Shown here: positions 9,055 to 18,253 of the stretch, piece by piece
Layout of the letters: each line of letters opens with the position of its first letter
Numbering within the stretch: position 1 is the first letter of the stretch
DNA from: Candidatus Woesearchaeota archaeon
GTDB taxonomy: Archaea > Nanobdellota > Nanobdellia > UBA10117
Assembly: GCA_964619325.1 (NCBI GenBank)
Contig: CAZUEL010000001.1
Span: 10,168-61,557 of the forward strand
Length of the DNA stretch: 51,390 nt
Reading direction: 5' to 3'
Position numbers and translations under genes: made by a program
The notes under the pieces: model-generated
Seen by the model: only the letters and a program-made list of their open reading frames with translations
What the model was told of the DNA's origin: nothing
Databases searched by the model: none

Positions 9055-9237
9055 ATGGAAAAACAAACATTCCTTATTATTGGTATAATCTCTTTACTAA
9101 TTACCATATCAGGCTTCGCCGCTGCGTTTTTCAACCAGCTGGCCTCGCTTCTTCTCATCGCAGTCGGTGGTATAATTTTCTGGCTTTTGCTCAGAAAGGC
9201 TAAAAAGGAGGCTTGGTTCGGAAAGCCCACAACATGA
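9055..9237 (+). CDS. Small membrane protein (two helices)
   Basis: 60-aa ORF with two hydrophobic helices. Its stop overlaps the ATG of the next gene (ATGA). Confidence 0.45.
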   Translation: MEKQTFLIIGIISLLITISGFAAAFFNQLASLLLIAVGGIIFWLLLRKAKKEAWFGKPTT

Positions 9238-10496
9238 AAGTCACAATCAAAACCTGGGGCTGTTCTGCATCACAATCCGACAGTGAAATTATGGCGGGCC
9301 TGCTTGCACAGGCTGGCCATGAATTAGTTGAGGATGAAAATTCTGCTGAGATTGTTATTGCAAACACCTGCACCGTAAAACACAGGGTTGAGATTGACGA
9401 GCTAAAAGAAATCAGCAGGTTAAAATCCAAAAACAAAAAGGTAATTGCAACTGGCTGTCTCGTGCAAGACAAACAGCACCTACACAAATTTGATGGGATT
9501 TCCTATGTTGGATTGAACAGTCAGGATGAAATTGCAAAATATGTTGGTGAAGTTGTGCGCGGAGAAGTTGTGCAGGTTTTCTCAGGCAAAAAGTTAGACC
9601 GCGCTGGCCTGCCGCGACTGAGAAAAAATCGGGCAATTGAAACGGTTCAGATTTTGCAGGGCTGCCTGTCAAACTGCACATTCTGCGCCACGAAATTGGC
9701 GAAGGGTAATACTTACTCATTCTCAGAGCAAAGAATTCTCGCGCAGTCGGAGTCCGCTATCAAGGCAGGCTGCAAAGAGATTTGGTTAACATCGCAAGAC
9801 AATGGCACGTATGGCATCGATCGCAAGACAAATATTGCAAATCTTTTAGAAAAGATCTGTAAAATTAATGGAAATTTTTTCATCAGAAATGGAATGTCAA
9901 ATCCACAATGGATTAAAAAGTTTCAGAAAGAATTAATCGCTGCGTACAAAAATGAAAAGCTGTTTAAGTTCCTGCACATTCCAGTCCAATCCGGCAGTGA
10001 TAAAATTTTGAAAGATATGAACCGCGGCTACACAATTGGGGATTTCAAGAAAATTATTGAAGAGTTTAGAAAAAATATCCCAGAACTTACCATTTGCACT
10101 GATATTATTTGCGGCTTCCCGACCGAAACAGAAGAGGATTTTAAAGAAACAATCGAATGCCTAAACTGGCTGCAACCTGATGCGATAAACATCTCGCAGT
10201 TCTGGCCGCGCCCCGGCACCAAAGCAGCTGAACTGGAGCAGCTTTCGGGGGCAGAGAAAAAGGAGAGAAGCAGAAAGCTGACAAAACTCTGTGATGAAAT
10301 TACTTTTGAAAAGAATAAAAAATGGATTGGCAGAACTTGCAAAGCAGTAGTTGATGAGCAGAACGAGGATGGGACTTTTGTGGCCCGCAACGCAAGCTAC
10401 AAGCCGATTTTGCTGAAAGGTAACTTAATGTTAGGAGATTTCGTGACCACAACAATTAAAAACGCAGAAACGAAGTACCTGGTTGGAGAATTGTGA
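9234..10496 (+). CDS. MiaB-like radical SAM tRNA methylthiotransferase (archaeal/CDKAL1-type)
   Basis: N-terminal MTTase domain (KTWGCSASQSD, NTCTV), radical SAM CLSNCTFC and a C-terminal TRAM-like segment. Start taken at the internal ATG 9234 (MKVTIKTWGC). Confidence 0.9.
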   Translation: MKVTIKTWGCSASQSDSEIMAGLLAQAGHELVEDENSAEIVIANTCTVKHRVEIDELKEISRLKSKNKKVIATGCLVQDKQHLHKFDGISYVGLNSQDEIAKYVGEVVRGEVVQVFSGKKLDRAGLPRLRKNRAIETVQILQGCLSNCTFCATKLAKGNTYSFSEQRILAQSESAIKAGCKEIWLTSQDNGTYGIDRKTNIANLLEKICKINGNFFIRNGMSNPQWIKKFQKELIAAYKNEKLFKFLHIPVQSGSDKILKDMNRGYTIGDFKKIIEEFRKNIPELTICTDIICGFPTETEEDFKETIECLNWLQPDAINISQFWPRPGTKAAELEQLSGAEKKERSRKLTKLCDEITFEKNKKWIGRTCKAVVDEQNEDGTFVARNASYKPILLKGNLMLGDFVTTTIKNAETKYLVGEL

Positions 10497-10596
10497 AATG
10501 GGGCGGCAATCAAACAATAAGCGGAAGCAAAGGCAGCAAAGAAGAAAGCGGTAGGCTTAAAAGATTTTCTGATTTATTTTAGGTCGAGGTGTAGAT

Positions 10597-11571
10597 TTGA
10601 GAATTTTGGTCACTGGAGCCGGCGGATTTATGGGTTCGCATCTCGTGGATACGCTTGCAGATGCAGGCCACGAGGTGCATGGTACATACTACGGTTCTGT
10701 AAATTTAGTTAATGAGATAAAAAATAGGGCGAATCTAGTGCAATGTGACGTTAGTAATTTCCCAATTGTGCGCAGGCTGATTGCGGAAGTCATGCCGGAG
10801 CAGATTTACCACCTTGCTGCCCAGTCCTACCCAACAAAATCGTGGCAGGACCCTTGGGATACAATCCAGACAAACATAACTGGGACTGCAAATGTGTTTG
10901 AATCAATTAAAGAATTAAAATTAAAGTGCCGCGTCCTGGTGGCTGGCTCGTCAGCACAGTACGGCTTTGTTGATGCGAAGGATGTTCCGGTCAAAGAGAC
11001 GCACCCGATGAAGCCGCTGCACCCATACGGCGTCAGTAAAGTCGCGCAAGAGGGATTAACACACCAATACTGGAAAAACTTTGGAATAGATGGTTTCACG
11101 ATGCGCATCTTCAATACGACTGGCCCGCGAAAGACGGGTGATGTGTGCGCAGACTTTACAAAACAGCTTGCGGCGATAGATTTAGGTTTGCAAGCACCAG
11201 TAATTAAAGTTGGAAATTTGGAGACAAAGCGCGCGATTACAGATGTTCGCGATGAGATTCGCGGTTTCGTGCTGGCAATGGAAAAAGCCAAAGCGGGAGA
11301 GGCGTACAACATCTCGGGCTCGCATGCATACTTGATTAAAGATATTTTAGAAACTGCGATCTCGTTCTGCAAAATAAAACCAAAAGTTGAAGTCGATACG
11401 AAGCTGCTCAGGCCGACTGATGAGACAATAATATTCGGTGATTCCTCAAAATTAATCGCGGAGACAGGCTGGCAGCCAGCGATAGCACTAGAAAAGACAT
11501 TAAAAGATATGCTGGAGTGGTGGAAAAATAAATTGTCCACAACAATAGCAAGAACAGGGGAAATTAAATGA
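10597..11571 (+). CDS. NAD-dependent NDP-sugar epimerase/dehydratase (SDR family)
   Basis: ILVTGAGGFMGSHL Rossmann motif and YGVSK catalytic YxxxK. TTG start preceded by GAGGTG. Confidence 0.9.
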   Translation: MRILVTGAGGFMGSHLVDTLADAGHEVHGTYYGSVNLVNEIKNRANLVQCDVSNFPIVRRLIAEVMPEQIYHLAAQSYPTKSWQDPWDTIQTNITGTANVFESIKELKLKCRVLVAGSSAQYGFVDAKDVPVKETHPMKPLHPYGVSKVAQEGLTHQYWKNFGIDGFTMRIFNTTGPRKTGDVCADFTKQLAAIDLGLQAPVIKVGNLETKRAITDVRDEIRGFVLAMEKAKAGEAYNISGSHAYLIKDILETAISFCKIKPKVEVDTKLLRPTDETIIFGDSSKLIAETGWQPAIALEKTLKDMLEWWKNKLSTTIARTGEIK

Positions 11572-12473
11572 TAGCTCCCTCACGATTTTACAGCGAGTAC
11601 ATGCGTGCTTCTGCTGCGATGGGAATACCGCCGCGCGCGCTGGAATTTCAAACAAGGCTTTTGTTGCCTTCGACACCACAGGGAATGCCGATTATGTTAG
11701 TAGCAAATCCACATAAAGAAACGCGGCCGTACGCTGCACCAACTCAACAGGCGATGCGGGTAGAAGGGTGTTTTTTGGATGCAGAACTGGAAAGAATGTC
11801 TGGGGGTGATGGGATAGGGATGTTTGCAGGCCAGTTTCCGCCCTATCAAGTTTTGCCAAACAGATACCCGTTTGGGCCAACGCACGTGGTGCTGGCACAC
11901 AACCGCCATTCGAAGAAGCCCGCGTCTGTTCCAACACTAAATGAGTTAGCCACACTAGACAGATTTTCCAGCGAGGCTGGCTGTCCAGTTTGGCGCAATG
12001 TGCTTGGCACAAACGCATCTGCACCATACCACGAACATGCGCACGCAATGAAAGATTACATCGTTTTTCCGGTCTCTTTGATGCAAGTCATTGGCGACAG
12101 CGATGGCGCCGGCCACCTGATAGATTTTCCCGGCCAGCATGCAGTTTTCTACGGGCCAGACAGAGTTGCGGCTGCACATGGACTGATGCAACGGCTTCAG
12201 GGAGCTACTCACCCCAGCAAGGAGATACAGCAGTACGGATTATTCCCGTTTGCAACCCTAATAGCTGCGGGTAGGATATTTGTTGCTCCGGTAAGAACGC
12301 CGCAGATATCACAGCAGCATAGGGTTGGCGCAGGTGAATTATTTGGCTATCACGCCGCGCCGGTGGAAACACTTGAACGCGCCACATACAGTGATGTTCG
12401 CGGTGGAATTGCGCGCGTTTTATTCCCCAACAACGATGCGAGATTTAATTTGTATACACTTTTACGCCGGTAG
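11568..12473 (+). CDS. HIT/GalT-superfamily-like nucleotidyl transferase or phosphorylase (uncharacterised)
   Basis: LPNRYPFGPTHVVLAHNRH followed by APYHEHAHAM (HxHxH-type histidine triad). ATGA overlap with the epimerase stop. Visibly more GC-rich than its neighbours. Confidence 0.5.
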   Translation: MIAPSRFYSEYMRASAAMGIPPRALEFQTRLLLPSTPQGMPIMLVANPHKETRPYAAPTQQAMRVEGCFLDAELERMSGGDGIGMFAGQFPPYQVLPNRYPFGPTHVVLAHNRHSKKPASVPTLNELATLDRFSSEAGCPVWRNVLGTNASAPYHEHAHAMKDYIVFPVSLMQVIGDSDGAGHLIDFPGQHAVFYGPDRVAAAHGLMQRLQGATHPSKEIQQYGLFPFATLIAAGRIFVAPVRTPQISQQHRVGAGELFGYHAAPVETLERATYSDVRGGIARVLFPNNDARFNLYTLLRR

Positions 12474-12500
12474 CGGGGTATAGGAACACTTAAAAGATTT

Positions 12501-12860
12501 TTGCATGATGTATTGTTGGCTGGAGTAAAACAAATAGATTTAGGCGCGTATCGCGGCGCAAGGGTTTGGGCATATGTCGTACGATACGATAGCAGAGGTT
12601 TATCGCGTTCACTTGAATTGTATATGCCCCGCGAGCCAAAGCGCGAGGTTTCGTTGGATATAATTTTAGGTGGTCATAAAAAAGATGTGCGCATCTCAAC
12701 ATGGGACGTCCAGGTAACGCTACCGCCACCACATGTTGAGCAACGGGCAGGCCAGCCACCAAAAATCACGGTGCGTGTTGAGTACGCTTCCGCAGTTTTA
12801 ACAAGTGCAGCGGTATCTGGCGGGCGAACAATAGTCTACTTGAATCGTGAATGTAGGTAA
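12501..12860 (+). CDS. Hypothetical protein
   Basis: 119-aa ORF between the HIT-like gene and the nucleotidyltransferase. No motif recognised. Confidence 0.4.
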   Translation: MHDVLLAGVKQIDLGAYRGARVWAYVVRYDSRGLSRSLELYMPREPKREVSLDIILGGHKKDVRISTWDVQVTLPPPHVEQRAGQPPKITVRVEYASAVLTSAAVSGGRTIVYLNRECR

Positions 12861-12902
12861 GATTAGCATAAATGTTAAAAATCCTTCTCTTGCTAAATTA
12901 TT

Positions 12903-13619
12903 ATGAAAATTAAAACTGCATTAGTTTTAGTTGGTGGGCTTGGCACGCGGCTAAGAGTGGTAACAGAGGATAAGCTGCCAAAACCGATGGTCGAAGTCAA
13001 TAAGCTGCCCTTCCTCGAGCATCTCGTGCTGCGGCTCAAGTCGCTTGGGATTTCGGAAATTATTTTTGCGACTGGCCATTTACACGAAAAAATAGAAAAT
13101 TATTTTGGCGATGGCTCAAAATTTGGCATACAAATAAAATACTCGCGCGAGCTCGAGCCGCTAGGCACTGGCGGCGCGCTGAAATTTGCACAGAAATTTA
13201 TTGGAGAAAAATTCCTGATGGTTAATGGCGATACATACTTCGACGGTAGTCTGGATTTGACGGAGCAAGCCCATAAAAAATATGGGGGTGTCGGTACACT
13301 AACGTTGACGTCAAAAGAAATAACAAAAGATTTTGGTCTCGTAATAACTGATGGAAACAAGGTACTTCGTTTTGTTGAGAAAGGTAACGTAATCCAAGGC
13401 GAAAACAAAATAAGTGTCGGCTACTATATATTAGAGCCAGAGATTTTCAACTATCTGCCCGCGGGAAGGAGCTCAATAGAACGAGACATATTTCCAAAAC
13501 TTGTGGCAGAGGGCAAGCTGTTCGCGGCTTCTGTGGCAGGCCGGCACGTGGATATCGGAACGCCGGAGGGTTATGAAGAATTCAAGCGCTACGTAAGTAA
13601 TAAAAGCGTTTCGCAATAA
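12903..13619 (+). CDS. Sugar-1-phosphate nucleotidyltransferase (NDP-sugar pyrophosphorylase)
   Basis: ALVLVGGLGTRLRVVTEDKLPKPMVEV is the G-x-G-T-R-L signature. 238 aa. Confidence 0.9.
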   Translation: MKIKTALVLVGGLGTRLRVVTEDKLPKPMVEVNKLPFLEHLVLRLKSLGISEIIFATGHLHEKIENYFGDGSKFGIQIKYSRELEPLGTGGALKFAQKFIGEKFLMVNGDTYFDGSLDLTEQAHKKYGGVGTLTLTSKEITKDFGLVITDGNKVLRFVEKGNVIQGENKISVGYYILEPEIFNYLPAGRSSIERDIFPKLVAEGKLFAASVAGRHVDIGTPEGYEEFKRYVSNKSVSQ

Positions 13620-13627
13620 AAATATTT

Positions 13628-14515
13628 ATGCTATCGGTCATAATAACAACGTTCTGCGAGCCAAACATACGCATGGCAATCAATGCTGTGCTGGAGCAGA
13701 AAATCCCTGATGACTTTGAACTGATAGTCGCCGCGCCGGATGTTGAAACCGAAAATCTTGTTACAGCATACAAAAAAACTTATCCGCAGATAAGATATTT
13801 CAAAGACCCTGGCCGCGGAAAGAGTTTTGCGCTGAATGTATTATTCAAAGAAGTTCGCGGCGATATTCTGATTTTTACGGATGGTGATGTTGTTTTAGGG
13901 AAAAACTCGGTAAAACGCATTTTGAAATACTTTTCTGATCCGGCGGTTGGTGTTGTGAGCGGCAGGCCGGTGCCATCAAACAGCAGAAACAATTTGTTTG
14001 GCTACTGGGCGCACCTTTTGTTTGAAGCTGGGGCGCATTCAATTAGAAAAAAACTATTTTCGCAGGAGAAGTTTTTAGAAGCATCAGGTTATTTGCTGGC
14101 AATTCGTGCCAATATTATCAACGAGATTCCGCTTGATGTCGCGGAGGATGCAATAATTCCATATTTATTCTGGAAGCGCGGCTACAAAATTGCCTACGCA
14201 GAAGATGCAGAAGTTTTTGTAAAGAGCGCAGATAATTTCCGGGATTTTGTAAAACAGCGTGTCCGCACGGCAAAGGCGCATGAAACACTAACAAAATACG
14301 CGCCGGACTTCCCGCGCGTGAAAAGCCTCTGGAACGAAATAATTTTTGGCTGGCATCCCGCGCTTAGCTACCCAAAAACTCCGCGTGAGTTGCTGTGGAC
14401 GCTCGCGCTTTTTCCGGCAAGGCTATACATCTGGGCGCGTGTGCACTACGAGCATAAAATAAAAAGAAAGCAGTATAATGATGCTTGGGAGCGCGTAGAA
14501 AGTACAAAAAAATAA
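13628..14515 (+). CDS. Glycosyltransferase family 2
   Basis: LSVIITTF...ELIVAAPD...FTDGD acidic motifs of the GT-A fold. C-terminal amphipathic/hydrophobic segment. Confidence 0.8.
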   Translation: MLSVIITTFCEPNIRMAINAVLEQKIPDDFELIVAAPDVETENLVTAYKKTYPQIRYFKDPGRGKSFALNVLFKEVRGDILIFTDGDVVLGKNSVKRILKYFSDPAVGVVSGRPVPSNSRNNLFGYWAHLLFEAGAHSIRKKLFSQEKFLEASGYLLAIRANIINEIPLDVAEDAIIPYLFWKRGYKIAYAEDAEVFVKSADNFRDFVKQRVRTAKAHETLTKYAPDFPRVKSLWNEIIFGWHPALSYPKTPRELLWTLALFPARLYIWARVHYEHKIKRKQYNDAWERVESTKK

Positions 14516-14528
14516 AATTAAAAAACTA

Positions 14529-14813
14529 TTAATCCAGATGCACCAAGCTGACCTTGCGCACAACTGGCCTCCAGACTTGTGCTGGCAACCAGGCTGGCCT
14601 GTCTGATGGGGCAGATGATTTTTTTCGCGAACCCTTAAATGAGTGTAACCTGTCCGTTCCGCGCTCTCGGAGCTTGATGTCCGTGAACCCGCGGGTTGCG
14701 GCTTTTAGTGCTGCTCTTCTTGGCGAGCTGCCTGTAAACACGTGGTCGGTTTCCTTGCTGCCTTGTACCAATACAAAATATCTTGTCATGTTTGTCCTCC
14801 AACGCTCTTTCAC
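14529..14813 (-). CDS. Chromosomal (non-histone) protein MC1
   Basis: FVL...HVFTGSSPRRAALKAATRG...KLRERGTDRLHSFKG...APSDRPAWLPAQVWRPVVRK aligns by eye along its whole length with Methanosarcina MC1 (recalled from memory). Confidence 0.85.
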   Translation of the reverse strand: MKERWRTNMTRYFVLVQGSKETDHVFTGSSPRRAALKAATRGFTDIKLRERGTDRLHSFKGSRKKSSAPSDRPAWLPAQVWRPVVRKVSLVHLD

Positions 14814-14837
14814 GAGGAGTGAGATTTATAAGCTTTA

Positions 14838-15170
14838 CTAAATTGATGGCCTGCCGACTGGTGCGCCCTGGCCTTCACGCGAGCGGTAATTATTAGAAAA
14901 CCCCGGTACTCCAGAGCGAACGACCTGCATAACTGCAACCCTTGTTGGGTCAATCAAAACTGATGGTGTGCTGCCAGAGCGAAGTTCGATATACGCGCAG
15001 CCGGCCCGTTCAACAAAGCCTGCAAATATTCCAAACACTGGGTCGCCAAGCCGATCCTCTAAAACAAAGTGTAAAACATCGCCGCGATTCGCGTGGCGAT
15101 TTACATCCGCAAGAACTGGATGTTCTCTTAGTTGCACCCTTACCCACTCTGACCAAATATAATCTGGCAT
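14838..15170 (-). CDS. Hypothetical protein
   Basis: 110-aa ORF directly upstream of MC1 on the same strand. No motif recognised. Confidence 0.4.
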   Translation of the reverse strand: MPDYIWSEWVRVQLREHPVLADVNRHANRGDVLHFVLEDRLGDPVFGIFAGFVERAGCAYIELRSGSTPSVLIDPTRVAVMQVVRSGVPGFSNNYRSREGQGAPVGRPSI

Positions 15171-15220
15171 ACTATGGCGTGCACCAATAAACTTTTAAGA
15201 TTTGCCATAGGTGCTGTGAT

Positions 15221-16492
15221 ATGGCTTCCGAATTAATATTTTATCCGGCAGTGTTCATTGGCCTTTTCACAACAATATTTTTCTTGATAACTTTTTTCGC
15301 TGACTTCAATCGACCACAGCGAGACCCAACTCTCCGGCCGAAAGTAACGGTGTGTGTGCCATGCTGGAACGATGCTGATACAATCGGGCGGACAATACAA
15401 TCTTTATTGGAGCTGGACTACCCAAAAGACAAACTGGAAATTATCGTCGTCGAAAACAACAAATCAACCGATGGCACTTACGAAGAGGCAAAAAAATACG
15501 AAAAGTTTGGTGTGAAGGTTTTCTCAATCAAAGAGGGTGGCAAGGGCCGCGCGATGAATTTTGCGATTACAAAAGCAACGGGCGAAATATTTGGCGGCTT
15601 GGATTCAGATTCGTACGTCACACCGGACGCACTGAAAAAGATGGTTGAACTTTTCGCGGATCCAAAAGTGATGGCAGTCACACCAACACTGAAAGTCTAC
15701 CAACCAAAAACAATATGGCAGCATGTCCAAGCAGTAGAATATTTGTATGGTATATTTTTGAAAAAAGTTTTTGCGCTTCTGGATAGTGTTTATGTCACGC
15801 CAGGACCGTTTTCAATGTATCGCAAAGAGTTCTTTGATAAGTTTGGTGGCTACGAACATAACAACATAACTGAAGACATTGAAGTTTCACTGCGGATACA
15901 AAGCCAGCATTACAGAATTGAAAATGCAATGGATGCAAACGTATACACTTCATCGCCGCAGAAATTTTTCCCACTGTTGCGCCAGAGAGTGCGCTGGCAA
16001 CTTGGTTTGATTGAAAATCTGCCACGCCACAAAAATCTCTTTAGTTTGGAGTACGGCGCCCTCGGGCTTTTTGTGTTGCCTCTTGCAGTCTACTCAATCG
16101 TTTTTGTAATATCTGCTTTTTCTTACACGCTGTACGAATTAATACACTCAAGCCTGCAGCAGTTCGCCGCGGCTGTGGCTGTAAATTTTGACTTGTTGGG
16201 CTTGATAAAAATAAGCGACTCGCACACGTTTTATCTTTTGCCGAACATAATAAGCGCACTAAACATAATGCTTATTTTGATGAGCCTAGTCTTTCTATAC
16301 ATCGCTGCAAAATATTCGCACGAAAATACTAAGATATTGTTTTCATATCCGTTTTATTACGTACTTTATTTTAGTGTGTATGCAATATGGTGGTTAGCCA
16401 CACTCTGGCAAAAATTATTCGGCAAAGAACTAAGGTTTGGTGGCGTTGTCTGGCGCAATAGCTGGAGGAACGCCTTGTTTAATAAGAGTTAG
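15221..16492 (+). CDS. Membrane-integrated processive glycosyltransferase family 2 (cellulose/chitin/PNAG-synthase-like)
   Basis: N-terminal TM, GT-A core (VCVPCWND, DSDS, TEDIE), QRVRWQLG = Q(R/Q)xRW motif, and several C-terminal TM helices. Confidence 0.85.
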   Translation: MASELIFYPAVFIGLFTTIFFLITFFADFNRPQRDPTLRPKVTVCVPCWNDADTIGRTIQSLLELDYPKDKLEIIVVENNKSTDGTYEEAKKYEKFGVKVFSIKEGGKGRAMNFAITKATGEIFGGLDSDSYVTPDALKKMVELFADPKVMAVTPTLKVYQPKTIWQHVQAVEYLYGIFLKKVFALLDSVYVTPGPFSMYRKEFFDKFGGYEHNNITEDIEVSLRIQSQHYRIENAMDANVYTSSPQKFFPLLRQRVRWQLGLIENLPRHKNLFSLEYGALGLFVLPLAVYSIVFVISAFSYTLYELIHSSLQQFAAAVAVNFDLLGLIKISDSHTFYLLPNIISALNIMLILMSLVFLYIAAKYSHENTKILFSYPFYYVLYFSVYAIWWLATLWQKLFGKELRFGGVVWRNSWRNALFNKS

Positions 16493-16526
16493 AAAGATTT
16501 ATAATACTTTGTGCCACAAAGCCTAT

Positions 16527-16784
16527 ATGCCATATTCAACAGATGGATACATACCGCCCACAGCGCGCCCCGCACCAGAAGTTATCCCGCGCGACATGAG
16601 CGGTGGCGTTCGTCCAGTACTTTCCCTAAAGGACGTACGAGTCGGCGACAGAGTTGCAGTCAGTGTAATACCAGGACATTTTGTTTCGGTAGATGATCTT
16701 CCGCGTAAGTGGGGAAATATAACTGAAATTTCTCCCGAAAACAACCGCTTTAGAATATCGCCATTCGCCAATAAAACATTATAA
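16527..16784 (+). CDS. Hypothetical protein
   Basis: Internal ATG at 16527 avoids overlap with the GT2 gene. 85 aa, no motif. Confidence 0.35.
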   Translation: MPYSTDGYIPPTARPAPEVIPRDMSGGVRPVLSLKDVRVGDRVAVSVIPGHFVSVDDLPRKWGNITEISPENNRFRISPFANKTL

Positions 16785-16882
16785 AGATTGTTGCCAATCG
16801 GCTGGGAGATTGATGTGGTAGCACATACAGTTCATGGAGTTTTATCCAACTATGGTTACATGGGTACAAACAGATACGTTTC

Positions 16883-17512
16883 TTAAGATTTAGTTTGTTG
16901 CAGCACCGCAGCTAATCTTTTTGCATTCTGCAGTCCCTCGTGCTTCTTGCCGGCAATCACAACTGTCGGCACCGTTGTTATATCATTCTCTGTTTTCAAA
17001 ATCTTGATTGCGGACAAATCTAAGTCAACATCAAACGAGTAAATCATCAGCTTCTGATTCAGCGTTTTCTGGTAGAGCAGCGCGACGCCCTGCTCGCCAC
17101 AGCCATCGCAGTTATTATTTGAGTAGAAGTACAACGCTGGCACGAAATCTGTGCCGCAGTTTTTGTTTGTGGCCTTGATTGCCAGCCAGTGCTTTATCTC
17201 AAGCAGCGAGTAATATTTTTTCAGATTTGCTAATTCTTCGGTTCTGGACTGCTTCTCCAAAAAGTCTATCTTCGGCCCAAGCTGTTCCATTCGCTTGGCG
17301 AGCTCTTCAAGGCTCGCTGAGCTGCACGGGCTCTCTGACAGAAGCTGTGATTCTATCTCCAGACTGACTGTATCAACTTGCAGTTCATCTTGTGTGGCCT
17401 GCAGCTGCGATATTTTTGACTGGAACAGTTGTGCGCCAAGCAGGAAGCCAACTATAAATATAATCACAGAAATGAACGCGGACAGCACGAGCCGGAACAC
17501 TAGGCGCCCCAT
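16883..17512 (-). CDS. Membrane-anchored thioredoxin-fold protein (CxxC)
   Basis: N-terminal TM helix, coiled segment, then YFYSNNNCDGCGEQ (CxxC) and VPTVVIAG (cis-Pro-like region). Confidence 0.6.
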   Translation of the reverse strand: MGRLVFRLVLSAFISVIIFIVGFLLGAQLFQSKISQLQATQDELQVDTVSLEIESQLLSESPCSSASLEELAKRMEQLGPKIDFLEKQSRTEELANLKKYYSLLEIKHWLAIKATNKNCGTDFVPALYFYSNNNCDGCGEQGVALLYQKTLNQKLMIYSFDVDLDLSAIKILKTENDITTVPTVVIAGKKHEGLQNAKRLAAVLQQTKS

Positions 17513-18201
17513 TACAACCGAATCCCTAACAGATGCATCCCAAGCTTATCGGCCGCGAGTATCAAGTCATTCACCGTCTTGCCGACGATGTGGACGCAGT
17601 TGCTGTCATAACTTATGGATGTATAGTTAGCAAGCGCCAGTGTGATAACTGTTGTGGTTTGGGCTGCATCTGCGCATGTTTTTATTGGAACGGTGGGGTT
17701 TATCGGATTAGAGTCGCGCAGGAATGCTGCAGTCGTTGGTATGTTGTACAAGCTCAGGACGCGAGAGATTTCTGCTGACGCAACACCAAAGTAACCGAGG
17801 TCTGGCTGGTTCGGGTCGAATACTATGTATGTTTTTGTTGCTGTTGCCAGCGAGTTTACCGCGCCGTCCGATAGGTAGATATTTTTTGCATTTCGCGGGT
17901 CTAATCTGAATTCGATTGGTATCAGCTTGCCGCCCAGCGTTACCTGAGTCGCGAACGTGCCCTGCGGCAGCGCGTAGAATGTATAGCCGGAAACTTGGAT
18001 TGCGCTTTTGTCTTCCTTTTGGGTGGGGTTTGTGAAATTGCCGTAGCCGAAACCAATTGCAGAACCTCCAAATACGATTACCACGAGAACAACAAAGAGC
18101 TTTATCCATAACTTTTTCTTCTTGTCCTGCTTCTCCCTATTCTGAATCTGCGGGAGATTTGTAACCGTCTGTGGATTTATCGGCTGCTGGCTTTCATCCA
18201 T
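17512..18201 (-). CDS. Membrane-anchored extracytoplasmic protein, unknown function
   Basis: K-rich N-terminus, one TM helix (LFVVLVVIVFGGSAIGFGY), and a beta-rich remainder. Its stop overlaps the start of the thioredoxin-like gene. Confidence 0.5.
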   Translation of the reverse strand: MDESQQPINPQTVTNLPQIQNREKQDKKKKLWIKLFVVLVVIVFGGSAIGFGYGNFTNPTQKEDKSAIQVSGYTFYALPQGTFATQVTLGGKLIPIEFRLDPRNAKNIYLSDGAVNSLATATKTYIVFDPNQPDLGYFGVASAEISRVLSLYNIPTTAAFLRDSNPINPTVPIKTCADAAQTTTVITLALANYTSISYDSNCVHIVGKTVNDLILAADKLGMHLLGIRL

Positions 18202-18253
18202 ACTAACACCTCAAACTGTAATATTTAGGGCAGCAAAAGGAATTTAAAGCTTT

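Noticed and set aside
8194-9070. Minus-strand ORFs of 141 and 191 aa antisense to htpX
   Set aside because: The plus-strand product has a clear HExxH M48 signature and TM layout. The antisense products have no motifs.
10827-11540. 237-aa minus-strand ORF antisense to the epimerase gene
   Set aside because: The plus strand encodes GAGGFMGSHL and YGVSK SDR motifs. The antisense ORF is S/F/I-rich with no features.
11692-12387. Multiple antisense or alternative-frame ORFs (60-118 aa) within the GC-rich HIT-like gene
   Set aside because: High GC content generates long spurious ORFs. Only the 301-aa plus-strand frame shows a histidine-triad context and operon coupling.
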